Shown here: piece by piece, positions 40,498 through 52,370 of the stretch
Layout: each line of letters starts with the position of its first letter
How positions within the stretch are numbered: the stretch's first letter is position 1
Assembly (NCBI GenBank): GCA_034521815.1
Contig: JAXHLW010000013.1
Location: forward strand, 1,792,001-1,856,000
Direction of reading: 5' to 3'
Length of the DNA: 64,000 bases
Origin: Trueperaceae bacterium
Lineage (GTDB): Bacteria > Deinococcota > Deinococci > Deinococcales > Trueperaceae
Notes under the pieces: model-generated
Seen by the model: only the letters and a program-made list of their open reading frames with translations
Told to the model about the DNA's origin: nothing
Database searches by the model: none
Program-made: the position numbers and the translations under genes

Positions 40498-41105
40498 GCC
40501 TCGCTCCCGTCGTCGTCCACGCGCCCCTGCTCGCTGCGGACGCCCTTGCGAGCGCCGCCGGTCCAGCCGGTCCGGCCGGGGTCTCGCCCCATCAGCCCGG
40601 CACGGAAGGTGGCGGGGTCCAGGAAACGGCCGTCTCCGAACAGCGTCGGCGTCTCGCCCAGCGGGAAGTCCTTGCGGAGCGGGTGCCCCTCGAGGTCGTC
40701 GGGCGTGACCAGCTTGCGCAGGTCGGGGTGGCCCCTGAACTCGATGCCGAACAGGTCGTACACCTCGCGCTCGAAGAAGCCGGCGGCGGGCCACTGCGGC
40801 GTGATCGAGGGCACGCTCTCGTCCAGGTCCACGTTGACGCGCAGCATCAGGCGCGACGCGTCGCTCAGGGAGTAGAGGTTGTACACGACCGTGAAGCGGG
40901 GACCCTGATGGCCGGGGTACTCGAGCCAGTCGATCGCCATCACGTCGGAGAGCTGCTCGAAGCCGGCGTCGCGGCAGCGCCGCACGGCCTCCTGGATCCG
41001 CTCGCCGGCGAGGGTGACGTAGGTCTGGTCGAACCGCTCCGATCGCTCGCCACCGAGCTCCGCGAGCGCGTCGGCCATCCGGTCGGCCAGCCGCTGGCCG
41101 CTCAC
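40494..41105 (-). CDS. nuoC: NADH-quinone oxidoreductase subunit C
   Basis: [32 protein letters not shown] overlaps the nuoB stop (alternative ATG at 41117). Confidence 0.94.
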   Translation of the reverse strand: MSGQRLADRMADALAELGGERSERFDQTYVTLAGERIQEAVRRCRDAGFEQLSDVMAIDWLEYPGHQGPRFTVVYNLYSLSDASRLMLRVNVDLDESVPSITPQWPAAGFFEREVYDLFGIEFRGHPDLRKLVTPDDLEGHPLRKDFPLGETPTLFGDGRFLDPATFRAGLMGRDPGRTGWTGGARKGVRSEQGRVDDDGSEA

Positions 41106-41641
41106 GAACGGGTCCATCCCTCGACCATGGGCAGCTCGACGCCGTGCTGGTCGAAGGTCTCGCCACGGACCTTCTTCTGCAGCTGCATCACGGCGTAGAC
41201 CAGCGACTCGGGACGGGGAGGACAGCCGGGCACGAAGATGTCGACCGGCACCACCGAGTCCACGTTCTGCACGATGGCGTAGTTGTTGAACATGCCGCCG
41301 GAGCTGGCGCAGGCGCCCATGCTGATGACCCACTTGGGCTCGGGCATCTGGTCGTACACGCGACGCATCACGGGCGCCATCTTCTTCGACAGCCGGCCGG
41401 CGACGATCATCACGTCCGCCTGGCGTGGGCTGGCGCGGAACACCTCGCTCCCGAAGCGCGCCATGTCGTTGCGCGCGTTGGTGGACTGCATCATCTCGAG
41501 CGCGCAGCAGGCCAGGCCGAAGGTGACGGGGTACAGGCTGTGGCTGCGCCCCCAGGCGACGAGCTTGCCGAGCGTGCCGAACAGGATGCCTTCGCGCTCG
41601 AGCTCCTGAAAGTCCTTCTCGAACAGGTCGTTCAGCGCCAC
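41102..41641 (-). CDS. nuoB: NADH-quinone oxidoreductase subunit B
   Basis: [34 protein letters not shown]. Confidence 0.97.
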   Translation of the reverse strand: MALNDLFEKDFQELEREGILFGTLGKLVAWGRSHSLYPVTFGLACCALEMMQSTNARNDMARFGSEVFRASPRQADVMIVAGRLSKKMAPVMRRVYDQMPEPKWVISMGACASSGGMFNNYAIVQNVDSVVPVDIFVPGCPPRPESLVYAVMQLQKKVRGETFDQHGVELPMVEGWTRS

Positions 41642-41645
41642 GACC

Positions 41646-41996
41646 TCACCTCCAGTCCAGAACGCCGCGGCGGAGGACGTAGACGTAGCCCACCGCGAGG
41701 ATCGCGACGAAGATGACGGCGTTGACGAACAGGTACTCGGGCGCCGTCTGGAACCGCACGGCCAGCGGGAAGAAGAACGCCGTCTCGAGGTCGAAGATGA
41801 TGAACAGCATCGCCACCAGGTAGAAGTGGATCGGGAAGCGCTCGCGGGCTCCGCCGGTCGACACCATCCCCGCCTCGTACGACTCGAGCATGGCGGGAGG
41901 GCTCTTCTTCTTCGGCCCCAGGATCGCCGTGACCGCCAGCGCGGCCGCTCCGATGAAGCCGGCCGCTAGGAACATCATGAACATGGCTGTGTACAA
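41646..41996 (-). CDS. nuoA: NADH-quinone oxidoreductase subunit A
   Basis: [23 protein letters not shown]; probable TTG start at 41996 after an AG-rich RBS. Confidence 0.93.
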   Translation of the reverse strand: MYTAMFMMFLAAGFIGAAALAVTAILGPKKKSPPAMLESYEAGMVSTGGARERFPIHFYLVAMLFIIFDLETAFFFPLAVRFQTAPEYLFVNAVIFVAILAVGYVYVLRRGVLDWR

Positions 41997-42048
41997 CTCG
42001 GGCCTCTCTCTCCTGGGACCTGCGGTGCACGCGCCAAGCACCGCACCG

Positions 42049-42084
42049 TCGTGAAAAACGCCCACTTCGTGCGGCTTTTCACGT
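42049..42084. promoter_or_regulatory. Tandem Rex-like operator sites upstream of nuoA
   Basis: Abutting 18-mers TCGTGAAAAACGCCCACT and TCGTGCGGCTTTTCACGT resemble TTGTGAA-n4-TTCACAA; they lie downstream of a minus-strand TATCGT -10 box at 42099-42104. Confidence 0.5.
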
Positions 42085-42382
42085 TGTCATCGCGACAGAC
42101 GATACCAAACGGCGGCCCCCGCGCCCAAGAGGCGTCTCCCAGGCGCGCCTCGGACGCTACCGCCGGCCCTCGGGGACAAGCGTCCCGAGCTCGCCATCCC
42201 GCGTCGGCGGCGCGGGGACGTTAGGCCCTTCATCGCCCTCCCCGGCGCACGTAGCGTGTGCGGCGACAGGATCGAGGCTGCCGCCGAGTCGTGCGCGAGG
42301 CGCGACGCACGGCCCGGACTCCGCGGGGCTCGCCCGCCTGAACGCGCGTCCGGAGACGATCGTCTCCGGGAAGGAGAGTCGA

Positions 42383-45145
42383 ATGGCACGTACTTGGGTC
42401 TATCTGTTCCGCAACGTCGACGAGGCCGAGAAGAAGGAGGGAAGCTGGGAAGCGACCCGTGCGCTTCTCGGCGGCAAGGGCGCCAACCTGGGCGACATGA
42501 CGCGCCTGGGCGTGCCCGTCCCTCCCGGCTTCACCGTCACCACCGAGGCGTGCAACGCCTACCTCGCGGCCGGCGAGACCTTCCCGGACGGCGTCTGGGA
42601 CCAGGAGATGGAGGCCCTCCGGGCGGTCGAGGAGGCCACCGGCAAGAGCTTCGGCGATCCCACCCGGCCCCTGCTGGTGTCGTGCCGCTCCGGCGCGAAG
42701 TTCAGCATGCCCGGCATGATGGACACGATCCTCAACATCGGCCTCAGCGACGAGGTGGCCGAAGGGCTGACCCGGCTGACCGCCGACCCCCGCTTCGTGT
42801 GGGACAGCTACCGCCGCCTGGTCCAGATGTTCGGCAGCGTGGTCCTGTCGGTGCCGGACGAGGTGTTCGAGGCCGTCATCACCGCCCGCCGCAAGAATGC
42901 GGGCGTCACGGTCGACAGCGAGCTGGCCGCCGACGACTGGCGCGAGGTCACCCGCAAGTTCAAGGAGATCGTCCGCACCTACACCGGCCGCGAGTTCCCC
43001 GAGGATCCCTACGAGCAGCTGCGCCTCGCGACCGAAGCGGTGTTCAAGTCGTGGAACGGCAAGCGCGCCCGCGACTACCGCAACGCCAGCGGCATCTCGC
43101 ACGACCTCGGCACCGCCGTGAACATCCAGACGATGGTGTTCGGCAACATGGGCGACGACTGCGCGACGGGCGTCGCGATGAGCCGCAACGCCACCACCGG
43201 CGAGCCCGTCCTGGAAGGCGACTACCTGCACAACGCCCAGGGCGAGGACGTCGTGGCCGGCACCCGCGCCACCCAGCCGATCAGCGACATGCAGACCGAG
43301 ATGCCGGAGGTGTACGAGCAGTTCCAGGAGATCGCCACCCGGCTCGAGAAGCACTACCGGAACATGCAGGACATGGAGTTCACCGTCGAGCACGGCAAGC
43401 TGTGGCTGCTCCAGACCCGTGACGGCAAGCGCACCGCGCAGGCCGAGGTCCGCATCGCGGTCGACATGACCGAGGAGGGCCTGATCGAGCGCGCCCAAGC
43501 GGTCCGCCGGGTCTCGCCCGAGCAGGTCGACGTGTTCCTCCACCCGCAGTTCACGCCCGCCTCGCGCGAGACGGCGATCCTGCTGGCCACCGGCCTGAAC
43601 GTCTCGCCCGGCGCCGCGGTCGGCCGCATCGCGTTCGACGCCGACACCGCCGAGCGCTGGGCCAAGAGCGGCCGGGCCGTGATCATGGTCCGTCCGGAGA
43701 CGAAACCGGACGACGTGCACGGCATGCTGGCCGCGAACGGCATCCTCACCAGCCGTGGCGGCCGCACCAGCCACGCGGCGCTGGTGGCCCGCCAGTTCGG
43801 CAAGCCCGCCGTCGTCGGCGTCGCCGATCTCGAGATCGACCTCGAAGGACGGACCATGACGGTCGGCGGCCACGAGCTCGAGGAAGGCGACGAGATCAGC
43901 ATCGACGGCACCATCGGCGAGGTGTACGAAGGCACGCTCGAGTCGGTCGTGCCCGACCTCGAGAACCCCTACCTGGCGAGCCTGCTGGGCTGGGCGGACG
44001 AGTACCGCACCCTGGGCGTGCGCGCCAACGCCGACTACCCCGAGGACGCCCGCAAGGCCCGCACCTACGGCGCGGAGGGCCTGGGCCTGGTCCGCACCGA
44101 GCACATGTTCTTCGAGGCCGACCGCATCGACGTGGTGCAGCGCATGATCCTGGCCCGCAGCGCCAGCGAGCGGATGGAGTCGCTGGACGTTCTCCTCCCC
44201 TACCAGCGCGCCGACTTCGCCGGGCTGTTCCGGGCGATGGACGGACTGCCCGTCATCATCCGCCTGATCGACCCGCCGCTGCACGAGTTCCTGCCCGACC
44301 ACACCACCCTGGTCCGCGAGCTGGCCGACCTGAAGATCCGCCTGCAGCACCAGACCAACCTCGCGGAGATCGACGCGCTGCTGCTCCTTCTCCGTGAAAA
44401 GCAGGACCAGCTGGTCCGCGTCGAGGAGCTCCACGAGTCGAACCCGATGCTGGGCACCCGCGGCGTGCGGCTGGGCATCCTGATGCCCGAGCTGACCCGC
44501 ATGCAGGTGCGCGCCATCTTCGAGGCCGCCTGCGAGGTCGCCCGCGAAGGAATCGCGGTCGATCCCGAGATCATGATCCCGCTCACCAGCCACGTCAACG
44601 AGCTGACCCTCCAGAGGACGTCGCTCGAGAACGAGGCCAAGGAGGTCATGGAGGAGCAGGGCCGCGACGTCCCCTACCGCTTCGGCACCATGATCGAGGT
44701 GCCGCGCGCCGCGCTGACCGCCGGCGAGCTGGCCGAGGTGTCCGACTTCTTCAGCTTCGGCACGAACGACCTGACCCAGACCACCTTCGGCATCAGCCGC
44801 GACGACGCCGAGAAGGGCTTCCTGATCCGCTACCTGGAGCAGGGCATCCTCGAGGACAACCCGTTCGCGACGATCGACGTCGCCGGCGTCGGCCGCCTGG
44901 TCGAGATGGCGACCGAAGCCGGGCGCGCCGTCCGGCCCGATCTCGAGGTCGGCATCTGCGGCGAGCACGGGGGCGATCCCGCCACCGTCGCGTTCTGCCA
45001 CCGCGCCGGCCTGAGCTACGTCAGCTGCAGCCCGTTCCGCGTGCCGATCGCCCGCCTGGCGGCCGCGCACGCCGCGCTCGACGACGAGCGCGCACCTTCT
45101 TCCCCCACGGTGACCACGCCGGATGGCGAGCCCGTCTCGGCGTAG
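42383..45145 (+). CDS. ppdK: Pyruvate, phosphate dikinase
   Basis: LGGKGANL, SMPGMMDT, GGRTSHAA (phospho-His), NPMLGTRGVR, FSFGTNDLTQ, GICGEHGG. Confidence 0.97.
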   Translation: MARTWVYLFRNVDEAEKKEGSWEATRALLGGKGANLGDMTRLGVPVPPGFTVTTEACNAYLAAGETFPDGVWDQEMEALRAVEEATGKSFGDPTRPLLVSCRSGAKFSMPGMMDTILNIGLSDEVAEGLTRLTADPRFVWDSYRRLVQMFGSVVLSVPDEVFEAVITARRKNAGVTVDSELAADDWREVTRKFKEIVRTYTGREFPEDPYEQLRLATEAVFKSWNGKRARDYRNASGISHDLGTAVNIQTMVFGNMGDDCATGVAMSRNATTGEPVLEGDYLHNAQGEDVVAGTRATQPISDMQTEMPEVYEQFQEIATRLEKHYRNMQDMEFTVEHGKLWLLQTRDGKRTAQAEVRIAVDMTEEGLIERAQAVRRVSPEQVDVFLHPQFTPASRETAILLATGLNVSPGAAVGRIAFDADTAERWAKSGRAVIMVRPETKPDDVHGMLAANGILTSRGGRTSHAALVARQFGKPAVVGVADLEIDLEGRTMTVGGHELEEGDEISIDGTIGEVYEGTLESVVPDLENPYLASLLGWADEYRTLGVRANADYPEDARKARTYGAEGLGLVRTEHMFFEADRIDVVQRMILARSASERMESLDVLLPYQRADFAGLFRAMDGLPVIIRLIDPPLHEFLPDHTTLVRELADLKIRLQHQTNLAEIDALLLLLREKQDQLVRVEELHESNPMLGTRGVRLGILMPELTRMQVRAIFEAACEVAREGIAVDPEIMIPLTSHVNELTLQRTSLENEAKEVMEEQGRDVPYRFGTMIEVPRAALTAGELAEVSDFFSFGTNDLTQTTFGISRDDAEKGFLIRYLEQGILEDNPFATIDVAGVGRLVEMATEAGRAVRPDLEVGICGEHGGDPATVAFCHRAGLSYVSCSPFRVPIARLAAAHAALDDERAPSSPTVTTPDGEPVSA

Positions 45146-45160
45146 GTCAGACTCTCCTTC

Positions 45161-45192
45161 GAATCGGGCCCCACCACGGTGGGGCCCGATTC
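45161..45192. terminator. Strong hairpin between convergent ppdK and E2 genes (possibly bidirectional terminator)
   Basis: GAATCGGGCCCCACC-AC-GGTGGGGCCCGATTC, a perfect 15-bp inverted repeat; no long U tract. Confidence 0.7.
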
Positions 45193-45250
45193 GCGTGGAG
45201 CGCTCGGTGATCGCGTCAGGCGCGTCGCGGCCATGCGCTGCGGGGTTCGC

Positions 45251-46752
45251 TCACGCGTCCAGCAGCGCGTCCTCCAAGCCGGTCCCGCCGAGGAGCATGG
45301 CCTCGGGATTCTCGATCCCGGCGACGAGGTGGACCAGGAAGCGGGTCGCCTCGGCCCCGTCGATCAGGCGGTGGTCGAAGGTGAGCGACAGGTAGAGCAT
45401 CGGGCGCGCCACGATGCTGTCGTCCTCCAGCACGACCGGGCGCTTTCGGATGCGGTGCACGCCCAGGATGCCCGCCTCGGGGGCGTTGAGGACCGGCATG
45501 CTCAAGAGCGCGCCGACCGATCCGATGTTGGTGACGCTGAAGGTCCCGCCGGTGAGCTCCTCGGGCGCCAGGCGTCGGTCGCGGGCGGCCTGGGCGAGGC
45601 GCGCGGCCTCGGCCCCCAGGTCCAGCAGGGCGCGCCGCGACGCGTCGCGGATCACCGGCACGATCAGGCCCTGGTCGGTGTCCACCGCGACGCCCAGGTG
45701 GGCGTCCCGGTAGCGCACGATCTCGCCCGCCTCCTCGTCCCAGCGGGCGTTCATGGCCGGGAACGCCGCCAGCGAGCGCGTCAGCGCCTTCAGCACGAAC
45801 GGCAGGTAGGTGAGCTTCACGCCCCGCGCCGCGGCGCGGTCCTCGAGGCGAGCACGAAGCGCGACCAGCTTCGACACGTCGGCCTCCTCGACGGCCAAGG
45901 TGGGAACGGTGCTCAGGTGTCCCTCGAGCAGCTGGGTCGCGATCGTCCGCCGGACGCCGCGCAGCGGAACGCGCGTCGTCTCCGGTCCCGACGGCGGCGG
46001 CCCGAGCGGCGCTGCGACGTGGCTCCCGAGCGGCGTCGGGCGCCGCTGGACGAGCCCGCGGCCGAGGCGTCGGGCGCCGCACCTGAAAGGCGATGCCCCT
46101 CGACGTCCTCGACCCGGATCCTGCCTTGCGGGCCGGAGCCCAGCAGCTGATCGAGCTCGATCCCCAGCTCGCGTGCACGCTTCCGGGCCGCGGGGACCGC
46201 CAGGGGCCGACCCCAGGGGCCGCGCGGCCGATCGGGCGCGACGGGCGCCTCGCTCGGGCGGTCCGGCGTGCGGGCGGGTCGCGCGCAGGCTCGCGCGCCA
46301 GGCTCGCGAACCGGCTCGCGGACCGGCTTGCGAACCGTCGGCAGCGGCCCGTCGTGCGACGGACCACCGGCCTTGAACAGCGTCAGCGCGTCGCCGTCGT
46401 CGCGATCCTCGCCGCCGTCGCGATCGGTACGGAGCGCGATCGGCCCCGTCGTCCGCGCCATCGTCCGAGCCGCGTCGCTCCGCATGCGCTGGAGGCGCCG
46501 ACGTCCGCCCGCCGGCCCGGCGTCGAACCGTGCGATCGGCGTCCCGACCGGCACCGTGTCGCCCTCGGCGGCCAGGTGCTCCACCAGCACGCCGCCGAAC
46601 GGCGAGGGGATCTCGACCGTGACCTTGTCGGTCATCACCTCGAGCAGGGGCTGGTCCAGCTCGACGACGTCGCCCTCGTGGGCGAGCCACTTGACGATCT
46701 CGCCCTCGATCACCGATTCGGCGAGCTCCGGCATGGAGAACGTTCGGGACAT
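45251..46752 (-). CDS. bkdB: Dihydrolipoamide acyltransferase E2 of the branched-chain 2-oxoacid dehydrogenase (apparent frameshift near 46030-46060)
   Basis: Lipoyl domain (EVMTDKVTVEIPSP) and E3-binding domain (GSGPQGRIRVEDV) in one frame; catalytic domain (GGTFSVTNIG, FDHRLIDG) in another. Confidence 0.85.
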
Positions 46753-46798
46753 GGTTCCTCCGTGGCGCACGACCGGCACGGCGCCGTCCGCGCGAAGC

Positions 46799-47776
46799 TC
46801 AGTAGTCGAGGACCTTCTGCACCGCGTTCAGGATGCGGCGGGGTCCGGGAAGGTAGCTGCGGTCCTGCGCGTACGGGTAGGGCGTGTCGGCGCCGGCCAC
46901 GCGCAGCGGCGGCGCGAGCAGGGCGTCGAGGATCTCCTCCGCGATCACCGCCGCCACCTCGCTCATGAACCCCAGCGTGCGAGGGGACTCGCTCACCAGG
47001 ACGCAGCGGCCGACGCGAGCGACGTGCTCCAGGACGGTCCGCGCGTCCCACGGCATCAGCGAGCGCAGATCGATCACGGTGCTCTCGATCCCCTGCTCCG
47101 CCAGGGCGTCCGCCGCGCGGGCGGTCTCGGCCATGCTGGCGCCGTAGCTGATCAGCACCACGTCGTCGCCACGCCGCCTGACCGCCGCCCGACCGAACGG
47201 CACCAGCCGATCGGGATCGTCGGGCACGTCCTCCTTCACGGCGCGGTAGAGCCGCTTGGGCTCCATGAACACGACGGGGTCCTCCCCGCGCACGGCGCTG
47301 CGGAGCATGCCGACGGTGTCGGCGGGGGTCGAGGGATAGACCACCTGCAGGCCGGCGGTGTGCACGAAGTGCGTCTCGGGGTTCTGGCTGTGGTGATGCC
47401 CGCCCTTCACCCCGCCGCCGGCCGGCATGCGCACCACCATCGGCGCGGTGAACTGGCCCGCCGAGCGATAGCGCGTCTTGGCGACCTGCGAGACCAGCTG
47501 ATCGAAGCCGTGGAACACGTAGTCCGCGAACTGGATCTCCGCGACGGGGCGGAGGCCGTGCACGCTCATGCCCAGCGCGGCCCCGATGATGGCGGCCTCG
47601 GACAGCGGCGTGTCGATCACGCGGTCGGGACCGAAGCGGTCGAACAGGCCTTGCGTGGCCAGGAACACCCCGCCGCGCTTGCCGACGTCCTCGCCGAGCA
47701 CGACCACCGAGTCGTCGCGCTCCATCTCCGAGCTCAGCGTGCGGGTGACCGCCTGAACGATGTTCATCACCGGCAC
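46799..47776 (-). CDS. bkdA2: 2-oxoisovalerate dehydrogenase E1 beta subunit
   Basis: [45 protein letters not shown]. Confidence 0.92.
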   Translation of the reverse strand: MPVMNIVQAVTRTLSSEMERDDSVVVLGEDVGKRGGVFLATQGLFDRFGPDRVIDTPLSEAAIIGAALGMSVHGLRPVAEIQFADYVFHGFDQLVSQVAKTRYRSAGQFTAPMVVRMPAGGGVKGGHHHSQNPETHFVHTAGLQVVYPSTPADTVGMLRSAVRGEDPVVFMEPKRLYRAVKEDVPDDPDRLVPFGRAAVRRRGDDVVLISYGASMAETARAADALAEQGIESTVIDLRSLMPWDARTVLEHVARVGRCVLVSESPRTLGFMSEVAAVIAEEILDALLAPPLRVAGADTPYPYAQDRSYLPGPRRILNAVQKVLDY

Positions 47777-47832
47777 GACGGCACCTGCACGGTTTCGCGA
47801 CGCTGCGCCCGCGCGGTCGGCTCGCCGGCCAC

Positions 47833-49101
<1,269 letters not shown>

Positions 49102-49235
49102 TCACGGGCCGGCCGGGCGCCTCTGCGACGCGCGGCGCTCGGCTTCCGCCTCGGCCACGCCTGGATCCACGCCTCGACCCACGCCTCGACCACGGCCCAG
49201 GGCCGCATCTCGACCGAACGCTCGAAGGGAGCGAC

Positions 49236-49682
49236 ATGACGCGACGACGCCTGGCCCAGCTCTTCGTCCTGATCGGAGCGCTCCTGATCCTGGATCGGGT
49301 CGCGACGAGCGACGGGTGGCTCTGGACCGGGCTGGCCTCGGCCGGCTTCCTGGTGGCGTACGCGCGTCAGCGGGTGCGAGGGCTGTTGGTGCTCGGGTGC
49401 GTGCTGGCGGGGATCTCCCTCGGCTTGCTTCTGGGGGGCACCGGCATCCCCGGCGCGTTCTGGGTGGCGCTGGGCATCTCGGTGATGGCGATCGACCGGG
49501 TCGAGCCCGAGCCCGACAAGCGGACGCTGCGGATCGGGGCGGGCCTCACCGCGTTCGGCGTCCTGTTCGGCGTCGCCTCGTCGGGCTGGCTGGACGACGC
49601 GCGCTTCGCGATCGTCCTGATCCTGGTCGGGATCCTGTTGCTCGGGCAGCGACGCGATGCGTCCGCCCCTAGGGAGAGCTGA
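49236..49682 (+). CDS. Hypothetical multi-pass membrane protein
   Basis: ATG after GGGAG; about 5-6 short hydrophobic segments; TGATG coupling to the next gene. Confidence 0.7.
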   Translation: MTRRRLAQLFVLIGALLILDRVATSDGWLWTGLASAGFLVAYARQRVRGLLVLGCVLAGISLGLLLGGTGIPGAFWVALGISVMAIDRVEPEPDKRTLRIGAGLTAFGVLFGVASSGWLDDARFAIVLILVGILLLGQRRDASAPRES

Positions 49683-51001
49683 TGGGCAACGAGACGATCT
49701 GGACGCTGCTGATCGCCGCGCTGCTGGGCATGCTGATCGGACTGGAGCGCGAGCGCAAGCGCGAGCGCGTCCAGACCCTGTTCGCCGGGGTTCGCACCTT
49801 CACCCTCATCTCCTTGCTGGGCGCCCTGTCGGGCGTGCTGCTGGAGCCGATCGGCACCGCGCCGCTGCTGGGCTCGCTGGTCGCCTTGACGGTGCTGGTG
49901 TCGCTGGGCTACTGGCGCGAGTCGTCGGGCCAGAAGGTCGGCGCCACCACGCAGATCGCCGCCCTGGTGGCGTTCGCGTTGGGCGTCTTGGCCGGCATCG
50001 GCGACCAGGTGCCGGCGCTGGCCGGCGCGGTGATCGTGACCGGCATCCTGTCCCTGCGTGAAGAGCTGCACGGGCTGGCCGGCGAGCTCACCCGAGAGGA
50101 CCTCCTGGCCGTCGTCCGGTTCGCGGTGGTGTCGCTGGTCGTGCTCCCGCTGGTCCCCAACGAGGCGATGGGGCCGTGGGAGGTCTGGAATCCCCGGACG
50201 ATCTGGCTTCTGGTGGTGCTGATCTCGGGCGTGTCGTTCGTCGGGTACGTGGCCATCAAGGTGATCGGCCCCAAGCGCGGCATCGGCCTGTCCGGCCTGT
50301 TGGGCGGACTGGCGTCGTCGACGGCGGCGACGCTGTCGTTCGCCGAGCGGGGCCGAGACACCCCCGAGCTCAGCCCGACGCTGGCGCTGGGCACGATGGC
50401 CGCCACCGCCGTCGCCGCTCCCAGGCTGCTGATCCTGCTGGGCGTCGTCGAGCCCAGCCTGATCGTGTACGCCGCGGTGCCCATGGCGGCCCTGTTCGGC
50501 GTCAGCAGCCTGGCGGGACTCGCGCTGTCGCGCCGGCAGGACGACGTGGACAGCTCGGTCAAGCTCGAGAACCCGTTCGCGCTGAGGCCGGCGCTGCAGT
50601 TCGGCCTGCTGTTCGCCGCGATCTTGCTGGTCGTCAGGACCGCGCAGGAGACGCTGGGCGATCAGGGCGTCCTGCTGGCCAGCGCGCTGGCCGGCGTGAC
50701 GCAGCTGGACGCGATCACGCTGTCGCTGGCCGAACAGATCCGGACCGGTCTCGATCCGGTGCTGGCCGGTCGCAGCCTGGGCTTCGCGGTCGCGGCGAAC
50801 AGCGCGTTCAAGGGGATCGTGGGCTGGGCGATCGGAGGCGTCCGCTTCGGTCGCCTGGTCCTGCCCTGGCTGCTGATCGCCGGCGCAGCGGCGGCCGCAG
50901 CCGCGTGGTGGCTGGTTCCGCTGCTGCCCGCCATCCTGCCGGACGCGCTGCCGGGCACGCTGCCGGACGCGCTGCAGGGCGCGCTGCAGGGCGGCGGATG
51001 A
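49682..51001 (+). CDS. MgtC/SapB family membrane protein with DUF4010-like domain
   Basis: GMLIGLERE, AGVRTFTL, GATT, GGLASSTAAT, LAGVTQLDAIT. Confidence 0.88.
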   Translation: MGNETIWTLLIAALLGMLIGLERERKRERVQTLFAGVRTFTLISLLGALSGVLLEPIGTAPLLGSLVALTVLVSLGYWRESSGQKVGATTQIAALVAFALGVLAGIGDQVPALAGAVIVTGILSLREELHGLAGELTREDLLAVVRFAVVSLVVLPLVPNEAMGPWEVWNPRTIWLLVVLISGVSFVGYVAIKVIGPKRGIGLSGLLGGLASSTAATLSFAERGRDTPELSPTLALGTMAATAVAAPRLLILLGVVEPSLIVYAAVPMAALFGVSSLAGLALSRRQDDVDSSVKLENPFALRPALQFGLLFAAILLVVRTAQETLGDQGVLLASALAGVTQLDAITLSLAEQIRTGLDPVLAGRSLGFAVAANSAFKGIVGWAIGGVRFGRLVLPWLLIAGAAAAAAAWWLVPLLPAILPDALPGTLPDALQGALQGGG

Positions 51002-51227
51002 GCGTCGCCTGCGGACGACGCCTGGAGGCGACGCCGAGAGACAGCGTCCAGAGGCGACGACCGCGCACGGTACACGGTGCGCGACGCGTGACGAACGTCC
51101 GGTAGACTGAGCGTCCAACACGAGGGCGTCGGCCCGTTTCCCCCGCGACCGATCTCGCCCGGGACCGACGACCCACGCTCTGGCGCGGTGTTCGCGGCCG
51201 CGTCCGCTTTGGAATCTGGAGGAAGCG

Positions 51228-52370
51228 ATGGAGACCATCTACCGCGGTCTGAACGGCGTGAACGTCGACACCAGCGAGATCTGCTCGATCGACGGCGAGC
51301 GTGGCGAGCTGATCTACCGCGGCTACGACATCCGCGAGCTCGCCGACCACGCCTCGTTCGAGGAGGTCGTGCACCTCCTATGGTTCGGCGATCTGCCGAA
51401 CGCGGAACAGCTGCAGGCGCTGCGTGACGGGGTGCGCCCCTCGTTCCACCTGCCCGCAGGCGTGCTCGAGCTGCTCGCCGCCCTGCCGAAAGGCACGCAT
51501 CCCATGCACGCCCTGCGGACGGCGGTCAGCGCCCTCGCCGCGTACGACGACGCGCCCGACATCGTCGACGAGAAGAACATCCGCCGCATCGGCTTCTCGC
51601 TGCTGGGGCAGGTTCCCGCGATCGTGGCCGCGTTCCAGCGCCTGCAGGCGGGCGACGAGCCCGTCGCCCCGGATCCGAACCTCTCCATCGCCGAGAACTT
51701 CCTGCGGATGGTGAACGACGAGGAGCCCACCGACGCCGCGGCCCGCGTGATGGACGTCGCGCTGGTGCTGCACGCCGAGCACGGCTCGAACGCCAGCACC
51801 TTCGTGGCCCGCTCGACCGCCTCGTCGCTCACCGACGTGTACAGCGCGATCACCGCCGCGATCGGCTCGCTCAAGGGGCCGCTGCACGGCGGCGCCAACG
51901 CCGGTGTGATGAAGGCGCTCGAGGAGATCGGCAGCGTAGGCGGCGTAGAGCAGTACGTCCTCGATACCCTCGCCTCCGAGAAGGGCCGGGTCATGGGCTT
52001 CGGCCACCGGGTCTACAAGGTGAAGGACCCCCGGGCGATCATCCTCGAGAACGTCAGCAAGAAGCTGGCCGAGGAGTCCGGCGAGTCGAAGTGGTTCGAC
52101 ATGAGCCTCGAGATGACCCGCGTCATGAAGCGCGAGATGGACGCTCAGGACAAGCAGATCGCCCCCAACGTCGACTTCTTCAGCGCCTCGGTGTACCGGA
52201 TGCTGGGGTTCGAGAAGGAGACGTACACGCCGATCTTCGCCGTGTCCCGCATCGCGGGCTGGATGGCGCACCTGTTCGAGCAGTACGCCGACAACCGGCT
52301 GATGCGGCCGCGGCTGGTGTACGAAGGCGAGCGCGGCAAGTCGTTCGTGCCGATCGATCAGCGCGGCTGA
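51228..52370 (+). CDS. Citrate synthase / 2-methylcitrate synthase (type I)
   Basis: LIYRGY, LHAEHGSNASTF, GPLHGGAN, GFGHRVYK, PNVDFFS. Confidence 0.93.
   Translation: METIYRGLNGVNVDTSEICSIDGERGELIYRGYDIRELADHASFEEVVHLLWFGDLPNAEQLQALRDGVRPSFHLPAGVLELLAALPKGTHPMHALRTAVSALAAYDDAPDIVDEKNIRRIGFSLLGQVPAIVAAFQRLQAGDEPVAPDPNLSIAENFLRMVNDEEPTDAAARVMDVALVLHAEHGSNASTFVARSTASSLTDVYSAITAAIGSLKGPLHGGANAGVMKALEEIGSVGGVEQYVLDTLASEKGRVMGFGHRVYKVKDPRAIILENVSKKLAEESGESKWFDMSLEMTRVMKREMDAQDKQIAPNVDFFSASVYRMLGFEKETYTPIFAVSRIAGWMAHLFEQYADNRLMRPRLVYEGERGKSFVPIDQRG

Noticed and set aside
42230..45070. Long antisense ORFs opposite ppdK, nuoL, nuoG and others
   Set aside because: Expected stop-poor shadow frames in very high-GC coding DNA; no recognisable motifs.
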